Part shown: positions 15,675-23,562 of the stretch, piece after piece
Numbering within the stretch: the stretch's first letter is position 1
How the letters are laid out: every line of letters starts with the position of its first letter
From: Candidatus Nitrosotenuis sp.
GTDB lineage: Archaea; Thermoproteota; Nitrososphaeria; Nitrososphaerales; Nitrosopumilaceae
Length of the DNA: 32,000 nucleotides
NCBI GenBank assembly: GCA_049276655.1
Contig: JBASWV010000010.1
Coordinates: 61,757-93,756, forward strand
Direction of reading: 5' to 3'
Notes under the pieces: generated by a model
The model's input: the letters and a program-made list of their open reading frames with translations, nothing else
What the model was told of the DNA's origin: nothing
The model's database searches: none
Made by a program: the position numbers and the translations under genes

Positions 15675-15957
15675 ATGGCAGAGCATGGCGACTTTAACCA
15701 TCTAAGAGACCAAGGCTTTTGTTGAAAAACTAATTACGTCTGGCAACGGTGATCTGGGACGACTACAATTCATACTGGAATCACTAAGACAGGGAAAGGC
15801 CCTGTACCGTTCTGACCACCAATACCTGAGTGCAAAGCTAGGTGAAAAGATAGACTACACAAGCATAAGAAAAGAAAGAGATGTCAAAAATAAAAAAGCT
15901 AAAACAAAAAAGAAAATCCATAGCAAAGGGCCTGGCAATCGGAAAAAATCCAGATAA
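15675..15957 (+). pseudogene. Small basic-tailed protein gene apparently frameshifted at a T4 run
   Basis: ATG 15675 gives MAEHGDFNHLRDQGFC* with its stop at 15723. The +1 frame continues without any start codon as FVEKLITSGNGDLGRLQFILESLRQGKALYRSDHQYLSAKLGEKIDYTSIRKERDVKNKKAKTKKKIHSKGPGNRKKSR*, ending at 15957. Removing one T from 15717-15720 fuses them. Confidence 0.3.
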
Positions 15958-15982
15958 AAAAGATAACGAGTTAGCTGAAAAG

Positions 15983-16594
15983 CTAGAATATTCTAATTGA
16001 GATCTCCTCACCGTTCCCTAGCGGAAGCGTGGCCGTGAGGACATTTGGCTTTTCTGCAATATGGTTTGAGTAGCTGCGCATAATTTTTCGGTATTTTTGT
16101 GGGTATAGAGCATTGTCAGTAGCAATTATGCCGCCGACCTTTGTCATGGGCAGGACAAGATCAAAGTATTTTTTTGCGTTTTCCTTGTCGGCATCAACTA
16201 GGACAAAATCAAAGACCGGCCTTTTTGGCATCTTTTTTAGAATCTCAAGTATCTGCCCCCGCTTTATCCGGATTATTCCAGATATGCCTGCACGCTCAAA
16301 GTTCCTAGAAGCCCTTGCTATTTTTGCCGGGTTTTTTTCAAGCGTAATGATCCGCGGGTTCCTGTGGCACGTGGCCACCGCGTCCGCAAGCCAAAGCGTG
16401 GAATACCCAACCGAGGTACCAAGCTCAAGTACGCGTTTTGCCTTTATCCCGAGCAAAAGCGCATGAAAAAACTCGCCAGTGTCCTTAGTTATTGCAAGCA
16501 TCCTCTGGTCCGGCTCGACTCTGACTTTACGTGACTTTTCAAGCCTTGATCGTCTTTCAAGCGCTGCTAGCACCGATCTTATTTTGGGTTTCAT
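15983..16594 (-). CDS. Class I SAM-dependent O-methyltransferase (caffeoyl-CoA OMT / YrrM-like family)
   Basis: 203 aa. Carries VLELGTSVGYSTLWLA (motif I), the block FDFVLVDADKENAKKYFDL and GGIIATDN, typical of family-3 O-methyltransferases. Confidence 0.85.
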   Translation of the reverse strand: MKPKIRSVLAALERRSRLEKSRKVRVEPDQRMLAITKDTGEFFHALLLGIKAKRVLELGTSVGYSTLWLADAVATCHRNPRIITLEKNPAKIARASRNFERAGISGIIRIKRGQILEILKKMPKRPVFDFVLVDADKENAKKYFDLVLPMTKVGGIIATDNALYPQKYRKIMRSYSNHIAEKPNVLTATLPLGNGEEISIRIF

Positions 16595-16718
16595 TGTATT
16601 TGATATCTGGTCATATGATTTAATTTTGTATGATCCAGTATTGCACGAACCGGAATCGTTTTGATCTCGAAGAACCAGCTAAACCAATTATATTTAGCTG
16701 GATTGGTGTTTCAGAAAA

Positions 16719-17093
16719 TTGAACTCGCACAACTCGCTCCTTAAAATAGTGGAGCAGATAATCTGCATCGATTCCGGGATGAGGTTTGCGGCAATAATCG
16801 ATCTTCGAGGAAACATCCTAGAGTCAATAATGAAAAAGGGCAAGACCTCGCTAAAAACGCAAAAAGAAGAAGAGCACTTTTGCAAGCAAATCGCACAGCG
16901 CAGGAAAATGCGAAGGGAGTTCGACAAAAGCCTCGGCAAGGTAAGGTATGTCCATGTAGAGCGGGAAAAGGTGACCCAGATAGTAGTGTATCCAAAAAGA
17001 AAGACCGTCTACTTTACAGTAGAACCGGAAATGAGCATTACAAAGAAAATGTCCATAATAACTAGAGTCAAAAAGCTAACGGCACACCTTTAG
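16719..17093 (+). CDS. Small Roadblock/LC7-like protein, divergent paralog C
   Basis: 124 aa. The N-terminal I-D-S-G-M-R-F-A-A-I-I-D-L-R-G-N-I and the central GKVRYVHVEREKV align by eye with paralogs A and B (IRFVTIIDIEGRL / GKYALAEYEKIK). Confidence 0.55.
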   Translation: MNSHNSLLKIVEQIICIDSGMRFAAIIDLRGNILESIMKKGKTSLKTQKEEEHFCKQIAQRRKMRREFDKSLGKVRYVHVEREKVTQIVVYPKRKTVYFTVEPEMSITKKMSIITRVKKLTAHL

Positions 17094-17125
17094 ATTTAAA
17101 ATACAGAATTTCCTAGCTTTTCCAT

Positions 17126-17398
17126 ATGAAGATTCTAGTCGACGAAATGGATGACGGCTGGGACGAGAGGCTTCGTGCCCTCGGGTACGACGCATACTCT
17201 GTGAAAAAACTCATAGCCGAGGGCAAAAAACTGCACACGGATTATTCTATCATCAACTATGCAAAGGAAAATGGCATGGTCCTAATTACGCGTGACACGG
17301 AAAGCGGCCAGGCGTGCAAGGAAAACGACATCCCGTGCATCCTTTTGGATAATTCAGAGATATTCAACATAATCGTTGAGAAACTAAAGAGGATCTAG
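17126..17398 (+). CDS. PIN-like / Mut7-C-type small nuclease-fold protein (DUF5615-like)
   Basis: 90 aa. The pattern MKILVDE...LRALGYDA..V.........D..I..YA.ENGMVLITRD matches by eye the acidic-residue pattern of DUF5615/Mut7-C PIN-like domains. Confidence 0.55.
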   Translation: MKILVDEMDDGWDERLRALGYDAYSVKKLIAEGKKLHTDYSIINYAKENGMVLITRDTESGQACKENDIPCILLDNSEIFNIIVEKLKRI

Positions 17399-17436
17399 CA
17401 GATAGGACTTTTATGTCAGGCACGCCGTAGTGTCAT

Positions 17437-17688
17437 ATGGATAGGTGCGATGTCAGGACGCGCGCATACAAGAACGGCAAGACCTTTGATCAGTGCGTGC
17501 AAATGGCAGAAGCGCTGAACCCGGAGTTCAAAAAAATCATTGCGCAAAACGGCAAGGTTCTGTGGTCTGAAATACTGCAAAAAGTAGATCACGACGAGCT
17601 GATCTACAAGCTTACCCTCAAGTATTTGAGGCGGGACGGATACGACATTGGTAACTGGCAGATACCCGAAGTAAAAAAATCCAGCTAG
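17437..17688 (+). CDS. Hypothetical protein
   Basis: 83-aa ORF with no recognised motif. It overlaps the next gene convergently by 4 nt. Confidence 0.5.
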   Translation: MDRCDVRTRAYKNGKTFDQCVQMAEALNPEFKKIIAQNGKVLWSEILQKVDHDELIYKLTLKYLRRDGYDIGNWQIPEVKKSS

Positions 17689-18494
17689 GGCTCGACTCTA
17701 CATCTCCAGCCGCTGCTTTTGATCTTTTTTGCCATGATTATTGGCGTAAAAACAAGCAATGGGATGGAAATTGCGATCAAAAGCGTCTGCAACTGAGTTA
17801 TTGCCAAAGTAAACGCGACAGCACCTGATGCGGAGACAATAAGCGTAAGAAATGTCCCGGCACATGTAGGGCACGCAATAAACAATCCTGTAGCTGCGGC
17901 GACGCTTCCCATGCCCGTCTTCCTCTTGAGGATCGTAAACGCGTTAGAAGCTATCGCGGCGTTTAGTCCAACCAAATACGAAACCGCAATTTGCAGGACC
18001 AGATTTATTGGAATTACCTGCAGGCCGACGTGTTCTGTTATGTAAAAGATGAACTTTGGGACGTATCCTATTTCGCCGCAGCAAGGAATAATCTGGGCGG
18101 ACGGAACCTGCACGTTATAATGATACGAAAAGGTGACATCTGGCTGGTAGACCAAAATCCCCGAAGTCAAGGCAAAAAAAACACCATATCCAATGCTAGT
18201 TGCGGCAAAAATTCTTCTTGACTTTTTGTTCCACGTTACCTGCGCAATCACTGAAAAATAATCGTCTTTTCCCGACTGAAACTTGTGCCTGTGGTACTGG
18301 TAAAGCCCGTACGATATTGCCCCTAGAGCAAGAACCATCATGACATAGAACGCGACTCCGAGCCTCTCTATGGGTGAAAGTGCAGACGGCGTAATTTCGG
18401 CATTGCCAAGTCTTGCGTATATCAGAAACAAAACCGCAATGCTCACAAACCCGACTGTAATAAGCGACTTGCCGTCACGTGATTGGACCATCAC
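17685..18494 (-). CDS. Polytopic membrane protein with conserved Cys pairs (CC and CPTC)
   Basis: 269 aa with at least 6 hydrophobic segments. It has IPCCGEIGY and an intramembrane FIACPTCAGTF motif. Function unknown. Confidence 0.7.
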   Translation of the reverse strand: MMVQSRDGKSLITVGFVSIAVLFLIYARLGNAEITPSALSPIERLGVAFYVMMVLALGAISYGLYQYHRHKFQSGKDDYFSVIAQVTWNKKSRRIFAATSIGYGVFFALTSGILVYQPDVTFSYHYNVQVPSAQIIPCCGEIGYVPKFIFYITEHVGLQVIPINLVLQIAVSYLVGLNAAIASNAFTILKRKTGMGSVAAATGLFIACPTCAGTFLTLIVSASGAVAFTLAITQLQTLLIAISIPLLVFTPIIMAKKIKSSGWRCRVEP

Positions 18495-18554
18495 GTTTAA
18501 GCCGAAAACAACTACATTAAATCTTTTAGAAAAAAGAAAAAACTTGTTCTACCG

Positions 18555-18746
18555 TTATGCACAGCAGAGAGATTTCTTAAAGTCCTCAACGTTTCTTGAG
18601 AATCTACATTCTTTACACACATGCCATGTTCTGGCTTTTAATATTTTCAAAGGCGCGTCATAGCCAACTGAATACATTTTTCCGCCGCATGCTGGACAGG
18701 GAAGTGGTATGTCAATTTTCATAATGTCATTTTGTGAGTTTTGCAT
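18555..18746 (-). CDS. Zinc-ribbon small protein
   Basis: 63 aa with CPACGGKMY...CKECRF (Cx2C-x25-Cx2C). Confidence 0.55.
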   Translation of the reverse strand: MQNSQNDIMKIDIPLPCPACGGKMYSVGYDAPLKILKARTWHVCKECRFSRNVEDFKKSLCCA

Positions 18747-18785
18747 TTAAGAACCGCGTAGGACTGATAAGTCGTCCATGTTTTT

Positions 18786-19265
18786 TTGCGCCGATCAGTG
18801 AAATCCCTTATAAGAAATAATGTGCATAGAAATGTATCCTTGGATATCAATCAAAAACAAGAGCCTGACTACTCCACCTCAAAAATAAGCTACGTCGGCT
18901 TTATTGATCCGTATGCCCTTGAAGGAATAATCGTCTTGCAGTCAGACGACAAAAAAGAATTCCACATGCGGGCATTTTCAGGCGAGGTAGCACGACACAT
19001 CAAAAGCTTCGTGGAGGGAAAGCGTGACTCACTGCCAACCATTTACAACATGATAGAGCAGCTCTGCGAGGAAAACGAGCTGTTTTTAGTCAAGGTCAAA
19101 GTTTATGAGAGCGGCAGCGTCCTTAGGGCGAATCTCTACTTTACCGGCAAAAAAGATATTGTACTTAGGAACTATCGCGCATCGGATGCAGTTGCACTTG
19201 CCGCATTTTACAACATACCAATTCTGGTAAGAAAGACACTACTAAAAGAAAAAGTCGAAGCCTAG
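18786..19265 (+). CDS. Bifunctional nuclease (BFN/DUF151) domain protein
   Basis: The core (IVLQSDDKKEFHMRAFSGEVARHI ... LYFTGKKDIVLRNYRASDAVALAAFYNIPILVRKTLL) matches the BFN-domain layout by eye. The start is uncertain: TTG at 18786, or internal GTG/TTG codons. Confidence 0.65.
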   Translation: MRRSVKSLIRNNVHRNVSLDINQKQEPDYSTSKISYVGFIDPYALEGIIVLQSDDKKEFHMRAFSGEVARHIKSFVEGKRDSLPTIYNMIEQLCEENELFLVKVKVYESGSVLRANLYFTGKKDIVLRNYRASDAVALAAFYNIPILVRKTLLKEKVEA

Positions 19266-20353
19266 CTAAGCACTTGGCCTAGCGCGCCTTGCTCATGGGC
19301 TCGTTTTAGCTCCATCGCAATCCTTCGCCCAACCCCAAAGGTCTCGCCGTACTGGTATTTGGTGTATGGCGACGTGGTGGCAACAATTGGATTTCCGGGG
19401 ACGCGCAACGAAACATCGTACACGACAAGCTCCAGATCCTTTGTTATGACGCTTTGAAGAGAAAACGGCCCTATTATTCCGGGCGGGTACACCTTTTTTA
19501 CTCCGGCCACGAACCTGTCACCAATATCGATGACCTTTTCTAGCAACGACTCGCGGATGCTGGCAGGCGTGTGTCCTACTTCGATGTTCTGAACGTCGAC
19601 GTTGATGTCCAGCTGCTGTTTTGCTGGAATGGCGTTGTAGTCGTGCAGATTTGTCTGCAGCCTCCTTTCAATTCCTACAAAGTCGACCTGCTCGGAAATC
19701 GGAGTGTGAAAATAATTAAAGTTCATGTATGTGCCAAGGACAAGCTCCTCGATGCTTGCCTTTTTTAGATCTTCCGCTCTGATTATTCCTTTTTTGATCC
19801 TTTCCTTGGATTTTTTGACATAGTCGTCATATGACGATGCGGTAAAAAACGCCCTTTCCAGCCTGCGGGCTTTTTCTTGCACCTTTACTATGACGGGCCT
19901 GTCTATCTTGGCTGGGTTCTTGAAGAGCTTGGGGTGCCTTACCCTGGATTTTTCTAAAAGGTAGTACTGGTTTTTTGCAAAGCTGCGCTCTTCTGCCTGA
20001 AACATCGAGCGGTTGCCAAATATTGGTACTCTGAACTTGTTTTCAATGGTGTCGTACCCAAGGTATGCCGTAAGCGCCCTGTGTGGAATTATTATGGTGT
20101 TGGTTTCTACAAACATTTTCTGCATTTTTGCCGACGCCATGTCTTTGAAATTATTTACCACAATTATCTCGTCTGCAATTCTTTTGAATCGCCTGTATGG
20201 TGTGTCCCTGCCTTTTTGGCAGATAACGACTGTCTGGAGTCCCTCATCTTTTGCGCCATCCATTATTTCAAGCGCAGAATGGCTGCCAAGTACACCAACC
20301 CTAAAACCCGTATATTTTTCCGCAATTTTCTGAATCTCTGCGCGCTTGATCAT
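19262..20353 (-). CDS. purP: 5-formaminoimidazole-4-carboxamide ribonucleotide (FAICAR) synthetase PurP
   Basis: The start was moved to the ATG at 20353 (MIKRAEIQKIAEKY...). GVLGSHSALEIMDGAKDEGLQTVVICQKGRDTPYRRF and the ATP-grasp-like remainder match archaeal PurP by recollection of the M. jannaschii enzyme. The TTG at 20389 adds 12 unlikely residues. Confidence 0.9.
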   Translation of the reverse strand: MIKRAEIQKIAEKYTGFRVGVLGSHSALEIMDGAKDEGLQTVVICQKGRDTPYRRFKRIADEIIVVNNFKDMASAKMQKMFVETNTIIIPHRALTAYLGYDTIENKFRVPIFGNRSMFQAEERSFAKNQYYLLEKSRVRHPKLFKNPAKIDRPVIVKVQEKARRLERAFFTASSYDDYVKKSKERIKKGIIRAEDLKKASIEELVLGTYMNFNYFHTPISEQVDFVGIERRLQTNLHDYNAIPAKQQLDINVDVQNIEVGHTPASIRESLLEKVIDIGDRFVAGVKKVYPPGIIGPFSLQSVITKDLELVVYDVSLRVPGNPIVATTSPYTKYQYGETFGVGRRIAMELKRAHEQGALGQVLS

Positions 20354-20424
20354 CTGCAATTTTGGTTGGAATGATGGTAATATATTCAATCATAGTTTTT
20401 GGAGCTGCCCAGGTTCGATAGAAA

Positions 20425-20530
20425 AATCGGCGGCGTGGCCGCAATCGCAGAACGCCGAGAGAACACCCCTCATTGCCACAACGCAGGTGCGTTGATGGAA
20501 CACCTAACGGTTCTGCTTGGCCACGCGTCC
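20425..20530. other. GC-rich, highly self-complementary intergenic island (candidate structured RNA or operator)
   Basis: Helix A is GCGTGGCC (20433-20440) paired with GGCCACGC (20519-20526). Helix B is GCAGAAC (20447-20453) paired with GTTCTGC (20510-20516). The hairpin is CAACGC-AGGT-GCGTTG (20479-20494), flanked by the direct repeat GAACACC (20461-20467 and 20498-20504). The strand cannot be determined. Confidence 0.3.
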
Positions 20531-20688
20531 TTATGCTTCAGAACTTATGTCCTTTGGCATCAATACCACTACGACCTCATTTTATATAAGTGGATCCTGG
20601 TTTTTTCTAAACAAATTCTAACAAGGTGATTGTGCAGTCTGCCAAACATTTTGTCAGATTAAAATAATCAGCATCCGCATATTTGGTA

Positions 20689-21249
20689 ATGAGACTGGTA
20701 GTCGGAATGACCGGAAGCACCGGCGTCATTTATGGTGTCAGGATGCTCGAGGTACTAAAAGAGCGCAAAGTTGAAACCCACCTGGTCATAACAGAGTGGG
20801 CAAAAAAATGCCTTGCAATGGAAACAAGCCGCACACTAGATGACGTAAAGCAACTTGCGACGAGCTATTCGGACGACTCTAACCTCGCAGCCGGAATATC
20901 CAGCGGTACATACCGAACCGACGGCATGATGGTGATTCCATGCTCGATGAAGACCCTGTCCAGCATAGCAAACGGATATGACGAGACCCTCGTGGCACGC
21001 GCAGCAGGTGTGACACTAAAAGAGTCCAGAAGACTAGTACTGGTGCCGCGGGAAACTCCACTCACTGCGATAAATCTGGAAAACATGCTAAAACTGGCAA
21101 GGCTTGGGGTGGTAATTCTTCCACCGGTTCCAGGATTTTACACAAAACCAAAATCGATTGACGAACTAATCGACCACACAGTCGGCAAGTGTCTGGACCA
21201 GTTTAACATTGAACATGATTTATACAAAAGATGGGGCACACAGCAGTAG
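20689..21249 (+). CDS. ubiX: Flavin prenyltransferase UbiX (prenyl-FMN synthase)
   Basis: MRLVVGMTGSTGVIYGVRMLEVL, the PCSMKTLSSIANGY block and LVPRETPL are typical of UbiX/Pad1. The start is taken at the ATG at 20689; a TTG lies at 20683. Confidence 0.92.
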   Translation: MRLVVGMTGSTGVIYGVRMLEVLKERKVETHLVITEWAKKCLAMETSRTLDDVKQLATSYSDDSNLAAGISSGTYRTDGMMVIPCSMKTLSSIANGYDETLVARAAGVTLKESRRLVLVPRETPLTAINLENMLKLARLGVVILPPVPGFYTKPKSIDELIDHTVGKCLDQFNIEHDLYKRWGTQQ

Positions 21250-21681
21250 TTGCCAAAAATCCACCTTGAAAAACTGATCAAGGCAGAACGACAAGCAGTC
21301 TTTGATGTCGTTGCAAACTATGAGAACTTTGAGAGGATTTTGCCGCAGTACTTCCCATCAGTCCGTATTCGCTCTGTGCGAGAAAACGTCGCAGTGGTAG
21401 AACAACACTTGCGGCTCGGAAAACGAGAGCTGGTAATGACTGCAAAACACATCACCAAATATCCAGAGCTCCACGAGGTCTTTGTCCTTGGGGGGGATGC
21501 AAAGGGCAGCCATATCACAGAAAGGTACGAAAAAGCACCAGAAGGCACAAGGTTGGTGGTGGATGCGGACATTCGGCTGGGTGGAATCTCGGTGATTGCC
21601 GGCATTCTGGCAAAGAAAAAGATAGCTGCAGATTTTAACAATGTACTTGACGAGTTTTCAAAAATTGTGGAGAAATCCTAG
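21250..21681 (+). CDS. SRPBCC (START / polyketide-cyclase-like) family protein
   Basis: 143 aa. The N-terminal I-x-A-x-x-x-x-V-F-D-V-V-A-N-Y-E-N-F-x-x-I-L-P pattern is typical of Polyketide_cyc2/CoxG-like SRPBCC proteins. Its TTG start directly abuts the ubiX stop. Confidence 0.65.
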   Translation: MPKIHLEKLIKAERQAVFDVVANYENFERILPQYFPSVRIRSVRENVAVVEQHLRLGKRELVMTAKHITKYPELHEVFVLGGDAKGSHITERYEKAPEGTRLVVDADIRLGGISVIAGILAKKKIAADFNNVLDEFSKIVEKS

Positions 21682-21872
21682 TCTTTTTTCTCTTTGAGGT
21701 CTTTGAATTCTTTTTCTGCCTCGAGCTTGCCTTTTTCGTACTCCATTCTGGATTTGCCCAATGTCTTTGCAAGCTCTGGGATCTTTTTTGCACCAAATAT
21801 CAGAATTGCTGCAATTACTATAATTAGGATCCATTCTTGCCCCGCAATAAAACCGGCGATGTTTTCTAACAT
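21678..21872 (-). CDS. tatA: Twin-arginine translocase subunit TatA/E
   Basis: 64 aa with one TM helix followed by FGAKKIPELAKTLGKS and an amphipathic helix. Confidence 0.85.
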   Translation of the reverse strand: MLENIAGFIAGQEWILIIVIAAILIFGAKKIPELAKTLGKSRMEYEKGKLEAEKEFKDLKEKKD

Positions 21873-21890
21873 AGGTTATTTCCTAATACG

Positions 21891-22694
21891 TCATGATTTG
21901 GATTTAAGTGTTTTAATCCTGCGTTCCCTCCGCTCCAAAATGATCATGCCTACAAGATACAGGCCGATCATGGGGCCTGAGATGAACCACATTGTGACTC
22001 CGCTTCCGTCCGGCGTCACAATCGCACCGATTACGACCAGAGCTACTATGGCATACCGGATGTTTCTTCTCCAAAACTTGACGTCGATTAGGCCTGAAAC
22101 GGTAGCTGCGTACATTATCAGCGGAAGCTGAAACGCCACACCAAAGGCAAGCAAAAACTGCAGCACAAATGTCACAAAGTCCATTATGTTTAGAAAAGTG
22201 ACAAGTCCTGAGGACTCGCCATACTGGTACAAAAAGTCAAGCATGAATGGTATAACGGTGACGTAGGAAAAGACTGCGCCTACCACAAAAAGCCCGAGTG
22301 CCGGAGCTGCAATTGAGCGGACTGCGTGCACCTCACCTTCTTTTAGTGCCGGTTTGATGAATGTAGTCAGCTCGCGAACGATTATTGGCATGGACAAAAC
22401 GACTCCGATAAGTGCCGCGACGTATACCTGGGCATAAAACGCCTGGCCTGGCGCTGTCTGGATTAGCTGCACGTTGCTTGGAACGAGCGTTTCTCTCATG
22501 TAGTTTGTAATTTGCGCAGCAAAGTTGTTGAACGGATCCGGCATCGGATAATACAAAGTAAGCCCGCTGTAAACAAACTGCTCCGCTCGGAACGTCAAAA
22601 TAAAAACGATGATTATTCCGGCAAAAACCACGATTCGCATGACGCGTCCTCTAAGCTCCGAGAGGTGCTCTAATATTCCCTGCAGTTCTGACAT
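21891..22694 (-). CDS. tatC: Twin-arginine translocase subunit TatC
   Basis: 267 aa and six TM segments. It has the N-terminal HLSELRGR motif and the TPDGSG-type (VTPDGSGVT) cytoplasmic loop motif. Confidence 0.92.
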   Translation of the reverse strand: MSELQGILEHLSELRGRVMRIVVFAGIIIVFILTFRAEQFVYSGLTLYYPMPDPFNNFAAQITNYMRETLVPSNVQLIQTAPGQAFYAQVYVAALIGVVLSMPIIVRELTTFIKPALKEGEVHAVRSIAAPALGLFVVGAVFSYVTVIPFMLDFLYQYGESSGLVTFLNIMDFVTFVLQFLLAFGVAFQLPLIMYAATVSGLIDVKFWRRNIRYAIVALVVIGAIVTPDGSGVTMWFISGPMIGLYLVGMIILERRERRIKTLKSKS

Positions 22695-22740
22695 TTGATT
22701 GTGATAGGTAATGAAACCCTATTTAGTTTACGAAAATTGT

Positions 22741-23208
22741 TTATTTGTTGCCAGGAATAGGGAGCAGCTTTGCGTCGGCAAGCCCTAATTTTTTGCGTTC
22801 TCCTTCTGAAATGTCCTTGAACTCTATTGAGATGACTGACTTTAGGCTGAATCTTGCCTCTAACTCTTTTGCGAGCTGGCCTACGTCCTTTCCGGCGTAG
22901 ATTTCCCTTGATCCTTGCAGGATGATCCGCTCGCCTTTTTCTTTCTCAACGCCGCCGAACTTGTCTTTGAGGAATTTTGTGACCTCGCCGACCTCGCTCC
23001 GCTTTACGTTATTGTAGTAAAACGAGATTCCCTTGATTGACTCATAGTCGTACGGCGTGCCGTTTTTGTACAAAAATACGCCGATAAAGACTGCCTGATC
23101 CTCTGGTGCCCTTATGCCCTTTATCTCCCAGTTTAGTACCTTGCTTGGATCGTAATCTGACTTGATTATCTCATCCGCTGTAATCTTCCAATATCTGTGT
23201 CGAGTCAC
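22741..23208 (-). CDS. Hypothetical protein
   Basis: 155-aa ORF with a TATA-like ATTATAAAT about 25-30 nt upstream of its ATG. No recognised motif. Confidence 0.6.
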   Translation of the reverse strand: MTRHRYWKITADEIIKSDYDPSKVLNWEIKGIRAPEDQAVFIGVFLYKNGTPYDYESIKGISFYYNNVKRSEVGEVTKFLKDKFGGVEKEKGERIILQGSREIYAGKDVGQLAKELEARFSLKSVISIEFKDISEGERKKLGLADAKLLPIPGNK

Positions 23209-23307
23209 TTTAGCTTCTGACTGGCGATGTATTATAAATTCGGTACGTTGTGATCTTTGCCGGCCCTCAAATTCAAGAATATATTACACCGAAAACAAGT
23301 GCAACTG

Positions 23308-23562
23308 ATGCCGGTCTTTGAGGTGCAGGTAATAATAGAAAACAAACCCGGAATGAACGATCCGGAGGGCCAGACCATCCTAAACGATCTTGTCCTCAAG
23401 GGAAGCTATTCGTCGGTAAAAAAAATTCGCTCTGCCAAGATGCTAAAATTCCAGATATCTGCGACAACAAAACAAAAAGCCCAAGACACAATCAAAAAAC
23501 TCTGCGACGATCTTCGAATCTACAATCCGATGGTGAGCAAAGTGACGTTTTCGGTAATCTAG
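23308..23562 (+). CDS. purS: Phosphoribosylformylglycinamidine synthase subunit PurS
   Basis: 84 aa from the ATG at 23308: MPVFEVQVIIENKPGMNDPEGQTILNDL...IYNPMVSKVTFSV, the PurS pattern. The longer ORF from 23257 adds an atypical 17-aa extension. Confidence 0.88.
   Translation: MPVFEVQVIIENKPGMNDPEGQTILNDLVLKGSYSSVKKIRSAKMLKFQISATTKQKAQDTIKKLCDDLRIYNPMVSKVTFSVI

Noticed and set aside
15080-15701. Minus-strand ORFs 15080-15529, 15217-15471 and 15402-15701, and plus-strand ORF 15441-15725
   Set aside because: They overlap the better-supported plus-strand gene 15229-15612 and the TRASH-like micro-ORF. They have no motifs and Cys/Arg/Leu-rich shadow-frame composition.
20401-20530. tRNA (GGTTCGA T-loop-like string at 20412-20418; an 8-bp closing helix as acceptor stem) or 5S rRNA
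   Set aside because: I tried cloverleaf layouts on both strands. No complementary T-stem flanks the GGTTCGA string, and no D-arm or anticodon-arm geometry fits inside the 8-bp helix. The element has one arm, not the three-way junction of 5S rRNA, and it lacks the conserved CCGAAC loop sequence. A covariance-model scan is still advisable.
20399-20629. 76-aa TTG-start ORF in the purP/ubiX spacer
   Set aside because: The sequence has no protein-like features. The frame spans the GC-rich self-complementary island, which is better explained as an RNA or DNA structural element.
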